The translations under genes and the position numbers were made by a program. A DNA stretch of 64,000 nt from Squalus acanthias (taxonomy: Eukaryota): contig CM059432.1 in assembly GCA_030390025.1 (NCBI GenBank), positions 146,880,001 to 146,944,000 of the forward strand, in the 5' to 3' direction. The notes below the pieces were generated by a model. That model worked only from the letters and a program-made list of their open reading frames with translations. It was not told the DNA's origin and ran no database searches. Of this stretch, positions 1 to 12,509 are shown piece by piece; the stretch's first letter is position 1; the number at the start of each line of letters is the position of its first letter.

Positions 1-770
1 GTGGGCAGAGATTTGGCAGATGGAATACAACACTGGAAAGTGTGAGGTGATGCACTTTGGCAGGAAAAATCCTAGAGCAATTTATTATCTTAATGGCAAG
101 AAACTGGAGAGTACTGAAGTGCAAAGGGATCTGGGGGTACTGGTGCACGAAACTCAAAAGGTTAGTATGCAGGTGCAGCAAGTGATTAAGAAGGCAAATG
201 GAATGTTGGCTTTCATTGCTAGGGGGATAGAATATAAAAATAGGGAGGTATTGCTTCAGTTGTACAAGGTATTGGTGAGACCGCACCTGGAATACTGCAT
301 ACAGTTTTGGTGTCCTTACTTAAGGAAAGACATCCTTGCTCTCGAGGCAGTGCAAAAAAGGTTCACTCGGTTAATCCCGGGGATGAGGGGGTGGTCATAT
401 GAGGAGAGGTTGGGTAGATTGGGACTCTACTCATTGGAGTTCAGAAGAATGAGAGGCGATCTTATTGAAACATATAAGATTGTGAAGGGGTTGGATCGGG
501 TGGATGCGGGGAGGATGTTCCCGATGACGGGTGAGACGAGAACTAGGGGACATAGTCTTAGAATAAGGGGCTGCTCTTTCAAAACTGAGATGAGGAGGAA
601 CTACTTCACTCAGAGGGTGGTAGGTCCATGGAATATGCTGCCACAAAAAGCTGTAGAAGCTACAACATTAATTAAATTTAAAACAGAAATAGACAGTTTC
701 CTAGAAGTAAAGGGCATTAAGGGTTACGGGGAGCGGGCAGGAATTTGGACATGAGTCTAGGTTAGATCAT
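1..770 (+). mobile_element. CR1 LINE, 3' part of ORF2 (RT C-terminus) and start of 3' UTR
   Basis: ORF 20..754 with CR1 motifs KCEVMHFG, LYKVLVRPHLEYC, RRMRGDLIETYK, FTQRVV. Confidence 0.93.
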
Positions 771-814
771 TCAAACCCTTTCAAAAAGTCCCTCTTCGTG
801 TCCCTGTGCCCAAA

Positions 815-1088
815 GGATCCAGCTTAATTTCTGGAGCCTCCTCGAAGGCCTGCAAACAAGTGCAATTAGTGGAATCTTCCAATGGTGATTAATACATCCT
901 GGGGGTATAGTCAGTTTTGTGGGCGGGACCTGCTTCTAGCGCGATGTTTTTTAAAACTAGCGCAAAAGATCGTGGAATTTGAGTTGCGCTGAACACAATT
1001 TGCGCTTAAAATTCTTTTATGTCGGTTATGCCGATATCGGGGTAATTGCACCGAAAAAACCAGTGCAATCAAGTGGAAACTCCAGACC
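815..1088 (-). mobile_element. MITE fragment (family B, GGGCTGGAGTTTCC-type end)
   Basis: Reverse complement aligns by eye to 20521-20795 (AAAACTAGCGCAAA, CCTCCTCGAAGGCC, GTGGAAACTCCA). Confidence 0.7.
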
Positions 1089-1956
1089 TAGAGCTATTAT
1101 GTTTAGCTATTTTGTCATCAAAATTAAAGTCCATAGGATTAAAGGGACAGTGGCAGTGTGGATACGAAATTCGCTAAGGAACAGAAAGCAGAGAGTTGTG
1201 GTGAACGGTTGTTTTTCAGACTGGAGGGAGGTATAGTGTGGAGGACGAATTCATCGAATGTATGCAAGATAGTTTTCTAGATCAGTATGTTGAAGAACCA
1301 ACTAGGGAACAGGCTATTCTAGATCTAGTATTGTGCAACGAGAAAGGGTTAATTAATAACCTTGTAGTAAAGGGGCCTTTAGGGAAGAGTGACCATAATA
1401 TGATAGAATTTTATATTGAGTTTGAAAGTGATTCAGTTAAATCTGAAACTAGGGTCTTAAATCTAAACAAAGCAAATTATGTAGGTATGAGGGGTGAGTT
1501 GGCTAAGGTAGATTGGGAAACTACATTAAAAGGTATGACACTGGATGAGCAATGGCTAGCATTTAAAGAATTAATACATAATTTACAACAAATATACATT
1601 CCTTTAAAGCACAAAAACCCCACAGGAAAAGTGGTCTAACCTTAGCTAACGAGAAGTTAAAGATAGTATTAGATCAAAGGAAAAGGCTTATAATGTTGCC
1701 AAAAAGAATAGGAGGATGTTGCCTGAGAATTAGGAGGATTTTAGAATTCAGCAAAGGAGGAACAAAAAATTGATAAAGAAAGGGAAAATAGAATATGAGA
1801 GTAAACTAGCGAGAGACATAGAAACAGACTGTAAAAGCTTCTATAGGAATGTAAAAGGGAAAAGATTAGCGAGTAAATGTGGGTCCCTTACAGGCTGAGA
1901 CAGGAGAAATTATAATGGGGAATAAGGAAATGGCTGAGAAATTAAACAAATACTTC

Positions 1957-3204
1957 GGCCTGCAAATTTGCTGGAGCTCAGAGGGCGGGTTTGGAGGCAG
2001 GTCGGGAGTAAAAATCTAAATCATTGACGGAGAGTTGCGAATCCGCCGCCATCCCGCCTCCATGCTACTTTGCCAAGTGTCGGGTCAGCGAGTCCCAATC
2101 AGACCCGACAACAAGCGGTGGGAGAGGCACGTAAGGCAGTTAACAGCGTGTTAACTGCCTTGATAATCTTATTTTAATTGCCTGTTCCCATTTTTGAGGT
2201 TTTTCTGCGTGTTGCCCGTTGTCAGACATGGTAGCACGTTCATGCGCCATTGCCTCCACCGAGGCAGTGCTCATGTTTGAGATGGACTCCTCCATTCTCT
2301 GCACACTCCCAGTTACCGTGGATGCAAACCCTGTCAGAGCCTCCTGCTCTTGTTCCTGAAGTTCCAGCACCGCTCTCTTTCTGGATGGCCCCAGAGGCAC
2401 CACGCCTACATGCAGCTGAGTAGAGCTAGGAGTGTCCTGCGACCTCCGACGAGGACTCTCCACTGCTGTCGCTGTCTCCACCATCTGCTGATGCTCACTT
2501 GTGAGCTGTGATACACCAGCTGACAACACTACTCTATGTCACGAAGGACCCGCCGAGGTGTGCGTTTCTGCGCTGGTGCTGGGTGCGCTCATTCCTGCTG
2601 ACGCTGCTCCCTCAGAGGCTGCAGGTTCCTCTGAGGAGTCGTCCGGCTCTTCCCCCTGGACAGTGGGGAGGGGGGCTCTCGATGGAAAGTGTGATGTGAT
2701 GCTCGCTTTTGATGAGCGCAGAAGATCATTGAACCGTTTTCGGCACTGGACCCAAGTGTGTGAGCATAAGGACCTAGCGCTGACCTCCTCAGCAAGTTGC
2801 AGCCAGGCTGCCTTTGTCTGCTTAGGAGGCTTCCTCCAGCCATCAGGAGGGAATAGAATCTCCCTGCGCCCTCATACTCCCTCCTCAAGAGCTTGGAGGG
2901 AGTCCTCATCAAGGTGTGGAGCAGCCTTTGCTCTTGCAGCAGTCATGGTGACCTGGGCCAATTTACCGAGCAGCACAAACGAAATGAGAAGCTAAAGCTA
3001 CATGGGCCCCTTAAAAACAACTGAAGGAATGATGTCATCAGAGGCGATCAGCAGACCCACTCCCACTCACTGGGCCGGGTAGCGCGCACGGCGGGCTTAA
3101 TGAACCCACTTAATGCAAAATCGTTATTTGTGAGCGGCTGAAACTGGCAGCGGGACCAGAACCTGCCCACCAGGCAACCCGACTCCTCAAAGAAAATCGT
3201 GGCC
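1957..3204 (-). mobile_element. Non-autonomous PIF/Harbinger derivative retaining only a Myb/SANT-like pseudogene
   Basis: Imperfect TIRs GGCCTGCAAATTT...AAAATCGTGGCC, flanks TTC/TTT; minus strand from 2946 reads MTAARAKAAPHLDEDSLQALEEGV*GRREILFPPDGWRKPPKQTKAAWLQLAEEVSARSLCSHTWVQCRKRFNDL. Confidence 0.75.
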
Positions 3205-3299
3205 TTTCTGCCTGACTTCACAGAAGAAGACGCAAAAAGCTGTGAGGGGTGCATAGTGGGATGGTGAAGTGATTCTGTGCATAGAGAGAGAGGGATAGG

Positions 3300-3990
3300 T
3301 AAGGGTGCAAGAAACCAAGGCTAGAGTATTTGGCGCTAACCGCCGGGCTGTATTTACGCCGATAAAATAGCAGCCCACGCGGACTCAGTGCGCCCCAAGG
3401 GAAGGGGCCCACTGGAGCACCCCGCACCTCTGGGCGCGGAGGAATACCAGGCGCACGTGCCGCACGCACGCTGTGGCCGCGCCCGGGTATTGCAGGCCTT
3501 CCTCCCCTTCTTAAAGGGGAGGGACCCTGCGCAGCGCGAACCGCCCAGCTGGGCCCCCAGGGATCGGGAGTGCCGGCAAAAGAGCCCGGCACTCAAGAGA
3601 AGTGCCGGGCTCTTGGAGCGCAGCCGGCACTTCACGGTGGGGGGGCTTCACGGGGGCCGGGGACAGCAACGGGGGCAGGTGCTGGCAGGCGGCCAGCAAC
3701 AAAAATGGCCGCCTGCCACCTCCCCTTTAACTATCGCCGCCCCGGCCGCACGTACGCCTCCCTGAACCCGTCGGACATAGCGTCTGGCGGTAAATCAGGG
3801 GGCGCGACTGAAGATCGCGGCTGGAGCGCGAGCGGGGTGCTGCGCACGGCGATGACGTCATCGCCGGCGGCGCAGCGCCACAGGGCGCTACCGGCTGGCA
3901 CCGCCGCTAACCTCCCGCTGAATTTTACGGGAGGCGTGGGCGGCTCTGCGCCCGGGCGTTAGCTGCTTTACGCCCCATTAGCGCCTCTAG
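3300..3990. mobile_element. GC/CpG-rich interspersed repeat, probable MITE
   Basis: About 3487-3604 nearly identical to 43031-43151; inserted in a CR1; internal hairpin. Confidence 0.65.
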
Positions 3991-5579
3991 CGAGAATGAG
4001 GAACCGAAAGAAATTAGTATTAGTAAAAAAAAAATAGTACTGGAGAAATTAATCGGACTGAAATCCGATAAATCCCCTGGACCTGATGGCCTACATCCTA
4101 GGGTTTTGAAAGAGGTGGCTATAGATGCATTGGTTGTCATTTTCCAAAATTCCATAGATTCTAGAACGGTTCCTGCGGATTGGAAGGTGGCAAATGTAAC
4201 CCCACTATTTAAGAAGGGAGGGAGAGAGAAAACAGGGAACTACAGACCAGTTAGCCTGACCTGTAGGGAAAATGCTAGAATCTATTATTAAGGAAGTGGT
4301 AACAGGGCACTTAGAAAATAATAATAGGATTGGGAAGAGTCAACATGGATTTATGAAAGAGAAATCGTGTTTGAAGAACCTGTTAGAGTTTTTTGAGGTT
4401 GTAACTAGCAGAATAGATAAGGGGAAACCAGTGGATGTGGTGTATTTGGATTTTCAGAAGGCATTCAATAAGGTTATTAAACAAAATTAGGGCTCATGGG
4501 ATTGGGGGTAATATACTAGCATGGATTGAGGATTGGTTAACGGACAGAAAACAGAGAGTAGGAATAAACAGGTCATTTTCGGGTTGGCAGGCTGTAGCTA
4601 GTGGGGTACCACAAGGATCAGTGCTTGGGCCTCAGCTATTCACAATCTATATCAATGATTTGGATGAGGGGACCAAATGTAATATATCCAAGTTTGCTGA
4701 TGATATAAAGCTGGGTGGGAATGTAAGTTGTGAGGAGGATGCAAGGAGGCTTCAAGGGGATATAGACAGGCTAAGTGAGTGGGCAAGAACATGGCAAATG
4801 GAATATAATGTGGAGAAATGTGAAGTTATCCACTTTGGTAGGAAAAACAGAAAAGCAGTGTATTTTTTAAATGGTTCAGAGGGACCTGGGTGTCCTTGTA
4901 CACAAATCACTGTAAGTTAACATGCAGGTACAGCAAGCAATTAGGAAAGCAAATGGTATGTTGGCCTTTATTACAAGAGGATTTGAGTATAAGAGTAAAG
5001 ACATCTTACTGCAATCATATAGGGCTCTGGTGAGACCACACCTGGAGTATTGTGTCCAGTTTTGGTCTCCTTACCTAAGGAAGGATATACTTGCCATAGA
5101 GGGAGTGCAACAAAGGTTCACCAGTCTGGTTCCTGGGATGGGGAGATCGTCTTATGAGGACAGACTGAGTAGACTAGGCCTATATTGTCTAGAGTTTAGA
5201 AGAATGAGAGGTGATCTCATTGAAACATACACAATTCTTACAGGGCTTGACAGGGTAGATGCAGGAAGGATGTTTCCCCTGGCTGGGGAGTCTAGAACCA
5301 GGGGTCACAGTCTCAGGATAAGGGGTCGGCCATTTAGGACTGAGATGAGGAGAAATTTCTTCACTCAGAGGGTGGTGAATCTTTGGAATTCTCTACCCCA
5401 GAGGGCTGTGGAGGCTCAGTCATTGGGTATATTCAGGACAGAGATCGATAGATTTTTGAATATTATGGGGATAGTGCAGGAAAGTGGAGATGAAGTAGAA
5501 GATCAGCCATGATCTTATTGACTGGCGGAGCAGGCGCGAAGGTCCAAATGGCCGACTCCTGCTCCTATTATGTTAAATT

Positions 5580-5920
5580 AAGAGAAACTGTTTCCATTGG
5601 CCGAAGGGTTGGTAACCAGAGGACATAAATTTAAGGTGATTGGTGAAAGAACCAGAGGCAACATGAGGAAACTTTTTTTTTTTACACAGCGAGTTGTTGT
5701 GCTCGGGAATGCACTACCTGAAAGGGCGGTGGAAGCAGATTCAATGGTGACATTCAAAGAGAATTGGATAAATACTTGGAAGGGAAAAAAATCAGGGCTA
5801 TGGGGAAAGAGCAGGGGAGTGGGACTAATTGTGGATAGCTCTACCAAAGAGCCGGCACAGGCACGATGGGCCGAACGGCCTCCTGCTGTGCTGTGTCATT
5901 CTATGGTTCTGTGATTCTAT
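5580..5920 (+). mobile_element. CR1 3' end fragment
   Basis: TRGHKFK...FFTQRVV and ATTCTAT tail repeats. Confidence 0.85.
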
Positions 5921-5924
5921 TATG

Positions 5925-6160
5925 GATTTTGCTCCCACCACTGCTGCTGTTGGGGCATTCCATATCCTAACAACCCTGTATGCCAAAAAAACAAAATTCC
6001 CCCAACTTCTCTCTTTATTCTCTTGGTGAAGATCTTAGATTTATGCCCTCTTGTTACTGAGTCACAGATCAGTAGAAATAGTTTGTCTCTATTTACCTTA
6101 TCCCCCCCAATTTTTTTAACACATCTGTCAGATCTCCTCTTAACCTACTCTGCTCTAGTG
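5925..6160 (-). mobile_element. Degenerate CR1 3' fragment
   Basis: Weak similarity to the reverse complement of the CR1 ORF2 end (TTTATGCCCTCTTG, TCTCCTCTTAACCT). Confidence 0.5.
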
Positions 6161-6167
6161 AAATGTA

Positions 6168-6898
6168 GGCCCAGAAATTGATCTCGCTCTGTTCCCGCGG
6201 GGGTAAGGCTTCCCCGCGATCTCTCACCTCGCTTGTGCTTTTTCAGATCCAGCTCGCACGAACTTGATGTTCCAGACATCAGCTGGGCAGTGCTTGCGTA
6301 TCCCAGCGGCGTAGTGAATTCGTGCGAGCTGTGGGATCACGTGACTCAGTTAGAGCCAATGGCAGCACACCATCTTCCATTCATAAGTTTCACAGCACGG
6401 CTGTGAAATCTATGAATCTTACACCCCCCCAAAATAACAGCTAAACCTCAATTAAATTAAAAAAAAACCATCACATTAATAAAATAAGTATAGTTAATTA
6501 AATTAACCATTTTAAATAAAAAATTAAATTTTTGAAAAAATTTAAAATCTTTTAAAAAGTTATAAAAATAAACTTACCTGTCTTTAAAGTCTCTAAAAAA
6601 GATATACCTGTTAAAAAAAATTCAAAAAAATACTTAATTCACTACTTACCTTCTTAAAAGTGGGTCTTACTCCTCCTTTTTACATTTCCAAAATCTTCCG
6701 TACTTACCTGCGCGTCCAAAGCATGAAGTGCACAGCGTGCGCGCAGCCTGTAGCGCGCACGCGATGCACCGAGGAACCGCCCCCTTTTCAGAAGAGCAAT
6801 TGCCGGTTTTCAGCGCATGCAGAAAACCGGCAATTGGAGTGGGAATACGCGAGAGTACGCAGTGCATACTCTCGCGTCCCGGGATCAATTTTTGGCCC
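6168..6898. mobile_element. Harbinger-type MITE, family A
   Basis: TIRs GGCCCAGAAATT...AATTTTTGGCCC, 3-bp TSD GTA, AT-rich core; colinear with 14726-15468. Confidence 0.85.
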
Positions 6899-6939
6899 GT
6901 AGTGTTCAGCACTTTTGGAAGCTTTATTCTGCACAAGTG

Positions 6940-7050
6940 CAAGTTGTTGTAGTTATTCTCGTTGTAGTTGTTGTGTTTGTTGTTCCTGTTGTTGTTGTTG
7001 TAGTTCATGTAGCTGTCATAGTTGCTATTGTAGTTGTTTTTGTGGTTTTG
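6940..7050. repeat. Degenerate (GTT)n microsatellite
   Basis: GTTGTTGTAGTT... tract. Confidence 0.8.
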
Positions 7051-8036
7051 TCACTCTTTCGCATGTTTCCAATGTTTATTCTTTTACCAGTCTCCTTAAT
7101 AGTATTAAAGTTTGTTTTTTCTTCCCCCCCCCTATCTCTAATGCTGTAGTCTTTCAGTAATTCCCTATTTGTGTGCACAATCTGGGCTTCCTCCCTCCTG
7201 ACTCCATTAAATCACTTCAGTTTTCCTTCACTTCTAACGATCTGTTCACCAAATTGATATAGGGCGCCTACGTCCTTCCAGTCTATGCTTAATTTGTATC
7301 CTTGCTGGTTGATCTTTCAAAGCTTTCCATGTTTCCGGGTGTTTTCCTCTCCGATGAATTTTCCCATGGATCCTCTCCAACCTAACTTATAACATTTTCT
7401 CTTCTTTAATCAGATTAATTTTATTACCTGCTCTTCCTAGGCCATAACATCAAGTATCAAATCTAGTGCTCACCACCAAACGATTGGCAACCATCTACAG
7501 TGACAAATATTTGATTGAATACTTTCCTCTCTTCACATGGGTGGTGCCTGTGTTAATCTAACCAGTGTTAATTCTGAATAATTAAACATTACTATTGTCT
7601 GTTTCTTCCCAATCCCGAAGTACTTCAAATTTAATCAAAACGTTTCATATCAATTTATTACTTTGACCAATGTTCCACACCTACTCCTTACTATTTTACT
7701 GTACTCATTTCCTCCCCTTGCTGTCACAGATTCCCATCCAAATGCAGTAAGAAGGTTAACCATGCTCCTTGAATTTTTTGAAACATTCAGGATCATTGAG
7801 GCTTACTGTAGCAACTCACTGCCACCATGGTAAGGATTTGGCTAACTCCGCATAAACCAAGAATCACACATCGAACCATTCCTGCTCAATATAACTAATG
7901 CACACTGGGAGCTGCAGTTACCAGCTGAGCCAGGAGGCAGGCACTTGTGGTTCTTAAAATTAAAATACAGGTCTGAAGTAGAGAAATTGGTTTGAAATTG
8001 CTGGAATGATTGCAGCAAGGAACAGGACAGAGGAAT

Positions 8037-8370
8037 GAAAGAAAGAAAGACTTGCATTTATATAGCGCCTTTCATGACCTCCGGACGTCTCAAAGCGCTT
8101 CACAGGCAACAAAGTACTTTTTTTTTTGGCGTGTAGTCAGTGTTGTAATTTTGGGAAACGCGGCAGCCAATTTGCGCACAGCAAGCTCCCACAAACAGCA
8201 ATGTGATAATGACCAGATAATCTGTTTTTCAGATGTTGGTTGAGGGATAAATATTGGCCAGGACACCGGGGATAACTCCCCTGCTCTTTTTCGAAATAGT
8301 GCCATGGGATCTTTTACGTCCACCTGAGAGGGCAGACGGGGCCTCGGTTTAACGTCTCATCCGAAATCCG
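8037..8370 (-). mobile_element. Deu-domain tRNA SINE (SacSINE1/AmnSINE1-like), 5' truncated
   Basis: Reverse complement of 51790-52108; GGTGGACGTAAAAGATCCCATGGCAC block; tail GGCGCTATATAAATGCAAGTC. Confidence 0.85.
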
Positions 8371-8564
8371 AATGTGCAGTAATGCCTGAGTATTATCAGT
8401 ATATTACACCACCAAATTTATCCCAACATGTCTTCTCAACGTAAAATGCAACAAAGGGGTGGTAGTTACAAGGGATCAGGCTGAACAATAGAATTGAATA
8501 TCAGAGAGCTGGCAATACCTCACTGCAACCTTGTGGGGAATCCTTGGATACAATATGGATTGAT

Positions 8565-8762
8565 AAATGAAAACAGAAAACACTGGAAATGCTCAGCAGG
8601 CCAGTCAGGATCGGTGGAGAGAATAGATGAGCCAATATATCAGGTGTACTCTCTTCAACAGAACTCTGATTTAGGGTCCACACCTGAAATGCCACCTCCT
8701 CTGTTCTCTCCACAGATGTTGACTCACCTGCTAAGAGTTTCCAGTGTGTTTTCTTTTCATTT
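8565..8762. mobile_element. Old fold-back element, probably the 3' end of a second Penelope-like family
   Basis: Imperfect inverted repeat (AAATGAAAA..CACTGGAAA..AGCAGG..GTGGAGAGAA vs TTCTCTCCAC..CCTGCT..TTTCCAGTG..TTTTCATTT) with a decayed CTGA...GAAA centre. Confidence 0.6.
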
Positions 8763-8789
8763 CAAATTTTCAACATTGCACTTTGCAGA

Positions 8790-8905
8790 TTTCCCTACAT
8801 TACAACAGTGACTACACTTCAAAAGTACTTAATTGGCTGTAAAACGCTTTGGGATGTTCTGAGATCATTGAGAGGCACTATATAAAAGGGAGTCTTTCTG
8901 TCTTT
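8790..8905 (+). mobile_element. Deu-SINE 3' fragment
   Basis: TACATTACAACAGTGACTACACTTCAAAAGTACTTAATTGGCTGTAAA matches 52001-52050. Confidence 0.75.
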
Positions 8906-9319
8906 CTTCCTTCATTTTTGCATTTGATTACAGTATATGGATAAATATATATTAACAATATGGACAAAAGAGAACATGCTTATTCACCTAAAGATTTCAT
9001 AACAGCGCACCTTGGAAGTGAATAATTATTTAAATTTTTATTACATGACTATGCTGAAAGATTAAACATTTATAATAAAACTTTTAAATACTGTTTCTTC
9101 CAGATTCAAATAGCATATTATTACAATTTTAAGAGTAATATGCTCATAAATGCCCTCCAAGAGAAAAAATACAAGGCTTAATTTAGCTATTCCACTATTT
9201 TCATGGCGACTGCTAGAATCTTAATATTGTCCAACTGAAAATCAGTGAGAATACTCTTGCCAAATTCTCCATTTTCCAACATCTTGCCTGACATTACTGG
9301 TCCACCACATCAGGAGAAT

Positions 9320-9640
9320 AGGCGGCAAGTAAATGAGGGGAGAGTTGAGGAGTGCAAATGAAAGCTTCATTGAACAGGTGAGTTTTGAGAAAGTGTATAA
9401 AGCTGGAGAGTGAGGTGGAGAAGTGGAGGGGTTTAGGGAGGGAGTTCAGAATAGTAGAATTCAGGCAGCTCTATCCCCAATGATGGAACAAAGGGGGCTG
9501 GGGGAGGTGGGGGGGGGGGGTGGAGATCAGAAGATCCGAGTCAGAGGATTGGAGTGCTTGGGATGGGATATAAGACTGAAGGAGATAGGGATGGGTGAGG
9601 CTATGGACAGATTTATAGACAAGGACAATGATTTTAGACT
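9320..9640 (-). mobile_element. Degenerate L2 LINE 3' region
   Basis: Minus-strand translation IKSKIIVLVYKSVHSLTHPYL resembles the L2 ORF2 end. Confidence 0.55.
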
Positions 9641-10084
9641 TAATGACCTGGAGTTTCCTTCTTGGGCACAACCCAAAGTTGCGCCCATTTTGCCGATGCC
9701 AAGTTCTGCCCAAGTATCCTCCCAATCTCATTACAATACGCCCTAACTTAAAATGGGCATAAATCAGCGTAAACAATCGGGGCCCAAGGAAACACCAGAA
9801 TATTTCTTCTTTGCGTCTTAAAACGGAGGTTGCAGCTCACTTAACCATCATTTACACACATCGGGCACAGGATGTGGTCAACCAGAACATCCTCCTCCAA
9901 CGCCTCTCCTCCTTTCACCATATATATAGCAACGACTTAGATGATGGAATAGAGAGTTGTATATCTAAGTTTGCAGATTACATTAAGTTAGGAGGAACAG
10001 TAAGTTGTGTAGATGGGAGCAGGAAGTTATAGACAGACTAAGTGGGTAGGCAAAACTGTGGCAGATGGAGTTCAATATGAGCAG

Positions 10085-10455
10085 ATCAAAGACCTGCAGA
10101 GAGGAGGTCAAGCAGGTACAATGCTCCATGGTCATAGTCACAGAAAATGTCTTTTGTAAATGTGTTTAATACCATTCTGGTGCTGTAGGAGGGACAGAAG
10201 AATCTGATTGGATTAACTGAAACAGGGAAATGCAGGGATCTCGGAGACGACAACATCTTCAAAGATGTTGAGAGGAAAGGAAGGTTTGAGATGGGGCATT
10301 AGTTTGAAAAGATAGATGGCTCATTGATGGGTTTTTTGAGGCAGGCAAGAGCACACAAGGAGAGGGAACCATTTACAATGTCAGCTGGAATGGGTGTCAG
10401 GAAGGAAAGTTGGATGGTCAGTTTAGTGGGAATTGGGTCAAGGGAGCAGAAGATG
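10085..10455 (-). mobile_element. Degenerate L2 LINE ORF2 fragment
   Basis: CSLDPIPTKL...DIVNGSLS; similar to 42380-42480. Confidence 0.65.
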
Positions 10456-10772
10456 GGCTTGTTGGCAAAATTGAAGTCCATGGGACAAAAGGGGCAGTAG
10501 CAGCATGGATACAAATTTGGCTAAGGGATAGAAAACAGAGGGTTGTGGTGAATGGCTGTTTTTCGAACTGGAGGGAGGTATACAGTGGAGTTCCCTAAGG
10601 TTCAGTACTAGGACCACTGCTGTTTTTGATATACATTAATGACTTGGATTTGGGGGTACAGGGTACAATTTCAAAATTTGCAGATGAACATGAAACTTGG
10701 AAGTGTAGTGAACAGTGTGGAATATTGTAATAGACTTCATGAAGACATAGGATGGCTGGTGGAATGGACAGA

Positions 10773-10956
10773 ATTGAGAGGTCGCACAACACCAGGTTAT
10801 AGTCCAACAGTTTTATTTGAAATCACAAGCTTTCGGAGCTATCTTCTTGCTCCTTCCTCAGGTGAAGTAAATTAGATACAGAATCGCCAAAGCATATATA
10901 GATAGAGAACAAAGCATGTGTACCTTACAATTGCAGACCACTAAATTAAATCATCC
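10773..10956 (-). mobile_element. Short Penelope-like 3'-end insertion
   Basis: Shares GTCGCACAACACCAGGTTATAGTCCAACAG with 21840-21870; 8-bp TSD TGGACAGA (10765-10772 / 10957-10964). Confidence 0.85.
10823..10865 (-). ncRNA. Minimal type I hammerhead ribozyme motif
   Basis: Reverse complement: TCAC-CTGAGGA-A-GGAGC-loop-GCTCC-GAAA-GCTT-GTGA. Confidence 0.75.
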
Positions 10957-11758
10957 TGGACAGACACATGGCAGATGAAATTCAATGCAGAAAATTGGGA
11001 GGTGATACATTTTGGTAGGAAGAATGAGGAGAGACAGTACACACTAAATGGTACAATTTTAAAGAGAGTACAAGAACAGAGAGACTTGGGGGTGTTTGTG
11101 CATAAATCTTTGAAGGTGGCGTGACAGATTAATAAAGCATATGGGATCCTGGGCTTTATAAATAGAGGCAGAGAGTACAAAAGCCAGGAAGTTATGCTAA
11201 ACCTTTATAAAACACTAGTTCGGCCCCAGCTGGAGTCTTGTGTCCAATTCTGGGCACCACAGTTTAGGAAGGTCGTGAAGGCTTTAGAGAGGCTACAGAA
11301 GAGATTTACTAGAATGGTTCCAGGGATGAGGGATTACAGTTACGTGGAGAGACTGGAGAAGCTGGGGTTGTTCTCCTTGGAGCAGAGAAGGTTAAGAGGA
11401 GATTTGATAGAGGTGTTTAAAATCATGAAGTGTTTAGATGGAGTAAATAAAGGGAAACTGTTTCCAACCAAAGGGCACAGATTTAAGGTGATTGGCAAAA
11501 GAACCAGAAGCGAAATGAGGGAAACATTTTTACGCAACGAGTGGTTAGGATTTGGAATGCACTACCTGATAGGGTGGTGAATAGATTCAATAGTCGCCAT
11601 TAAAAGGGAGTTGGATAAATACTTAAAGGCGAAAAAATTGCAGGGATATGGGGCAAGAGCGGGGGAATAGGACTGACTGGATTGCTCATTGAAAGAGCCT
11701 GCGCAGACTCGATGGGCCAAGTGACCTCCTCCTGTGCTGCAATATTCTATGATTCTAT

Positions 11759-12500
11759 GGGCTGGATTACGTAGGCGGGGGTGGAGTTTCGGACGCAAAC
11801 CTGGAAGTTCAGGGATCCCCCGCACGCTGTGGATTTTTAACTCCACAGTGTGCCCCTTTTGTTCTTGACAGGTTTATGCCCAGAAGTCAGCCTGATTGAC
11901 AGGCTTGGCTTCCAGTCGGACGCAGGCCGCAGGACCAGGTAGGTCCGATCCACTATCTCGGGGGAGGGGGGTGCCTAATCCCTGACCCTAGGGCGGGGTG
12001 TGTCCAAACCCGGGGGCGGGGGAGCTCCAATCCCAGGGGGATCTGATCCACAGCCCTGGGGTGGAGGGTGTCCGATTGTCCAATCCCGGGAGGTCCGATC
12101 CCGGACCACGTGGGTCTTTGTATGGGGGTGAGGGGGGGCGGGGGGGTGAGGAGGTGAGCTTGGTGGGCCGGGAGGAAGCACTCCTGCTCCTCCTGGCCCA
12201 CAAGCAGTGCTGTAAAGGCACTTACCTTCTCCCTTCAGCTGCCGGGTTTCCCGAGGCCTGGGAAACCCGGCAGGCTGCAGTTAAACCTGTAAAGCAGGTT
12301 CATTCAGAGGCTGCCAACCTCATTAATATATTTAAATTGCCAACCCGCCTCCTGGGATTGGGTTGGCTTCCCACCACTTGTCCCGCCTCCGTTAAAACTG
12401 GAAGTGAGTGGGTTGGAGGCGAGTTGAGTTTGTGATTTTTAAAATTTTAACCTCTGACCCGACCCCAACCCACCCATTTCTGAGTGTTAAAATTCCGCCC
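11759..12500. mobile_element. Harbinger-type MITE inserted in a CR1 tail
   Basis: Ends GGGCTGGATT...AATTCCGCCC; the CR1 GATTCTATG tail resumes after it. Confidence 0.7.
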
Positions 12501-12509
12501 ATAAGATTC

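Larger units (their letters stand above)
1118..5570 (+). mobile_element. CR1 LINE ORF2 pieces (endonuclease end, RT, 3' UTR), interrupted at about 1957-3204 and 3300-3990
   Basis: ORFs 1238..1639 (AILDLVL, GKSDHNMI), 4106..5512 ([32 protein letters not shown]); frameshifted. Confidence 0.9.
10455..11758 (+). mobile_element. CR1 RT and 3' end, interrupted at 10773-10956
   Basis: RKQRVVVNG, LYKTLVRPQLESC, RLRGDLIEVFK; ATTCTATG tail. Confidence 0.9.

Noticed and set aside
3218..3962. CpG-island promoter or genes from overlapping GC-rich ORFs
   Set aside because: The sequence is repeated at 42838-43151 and sits inside a CR1; ORFs reflect stop scarcity
6667..7160. Poly-Asn/Val/Cys ORFs
   Set aside because: Translations of the (GTT)n tract and MITE end
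7730..7829. Plus-strand exon candidate (CACAG|...ATG|GTAAGG)
   Set aside because: No recognisable product or partner exon; plausible by chance
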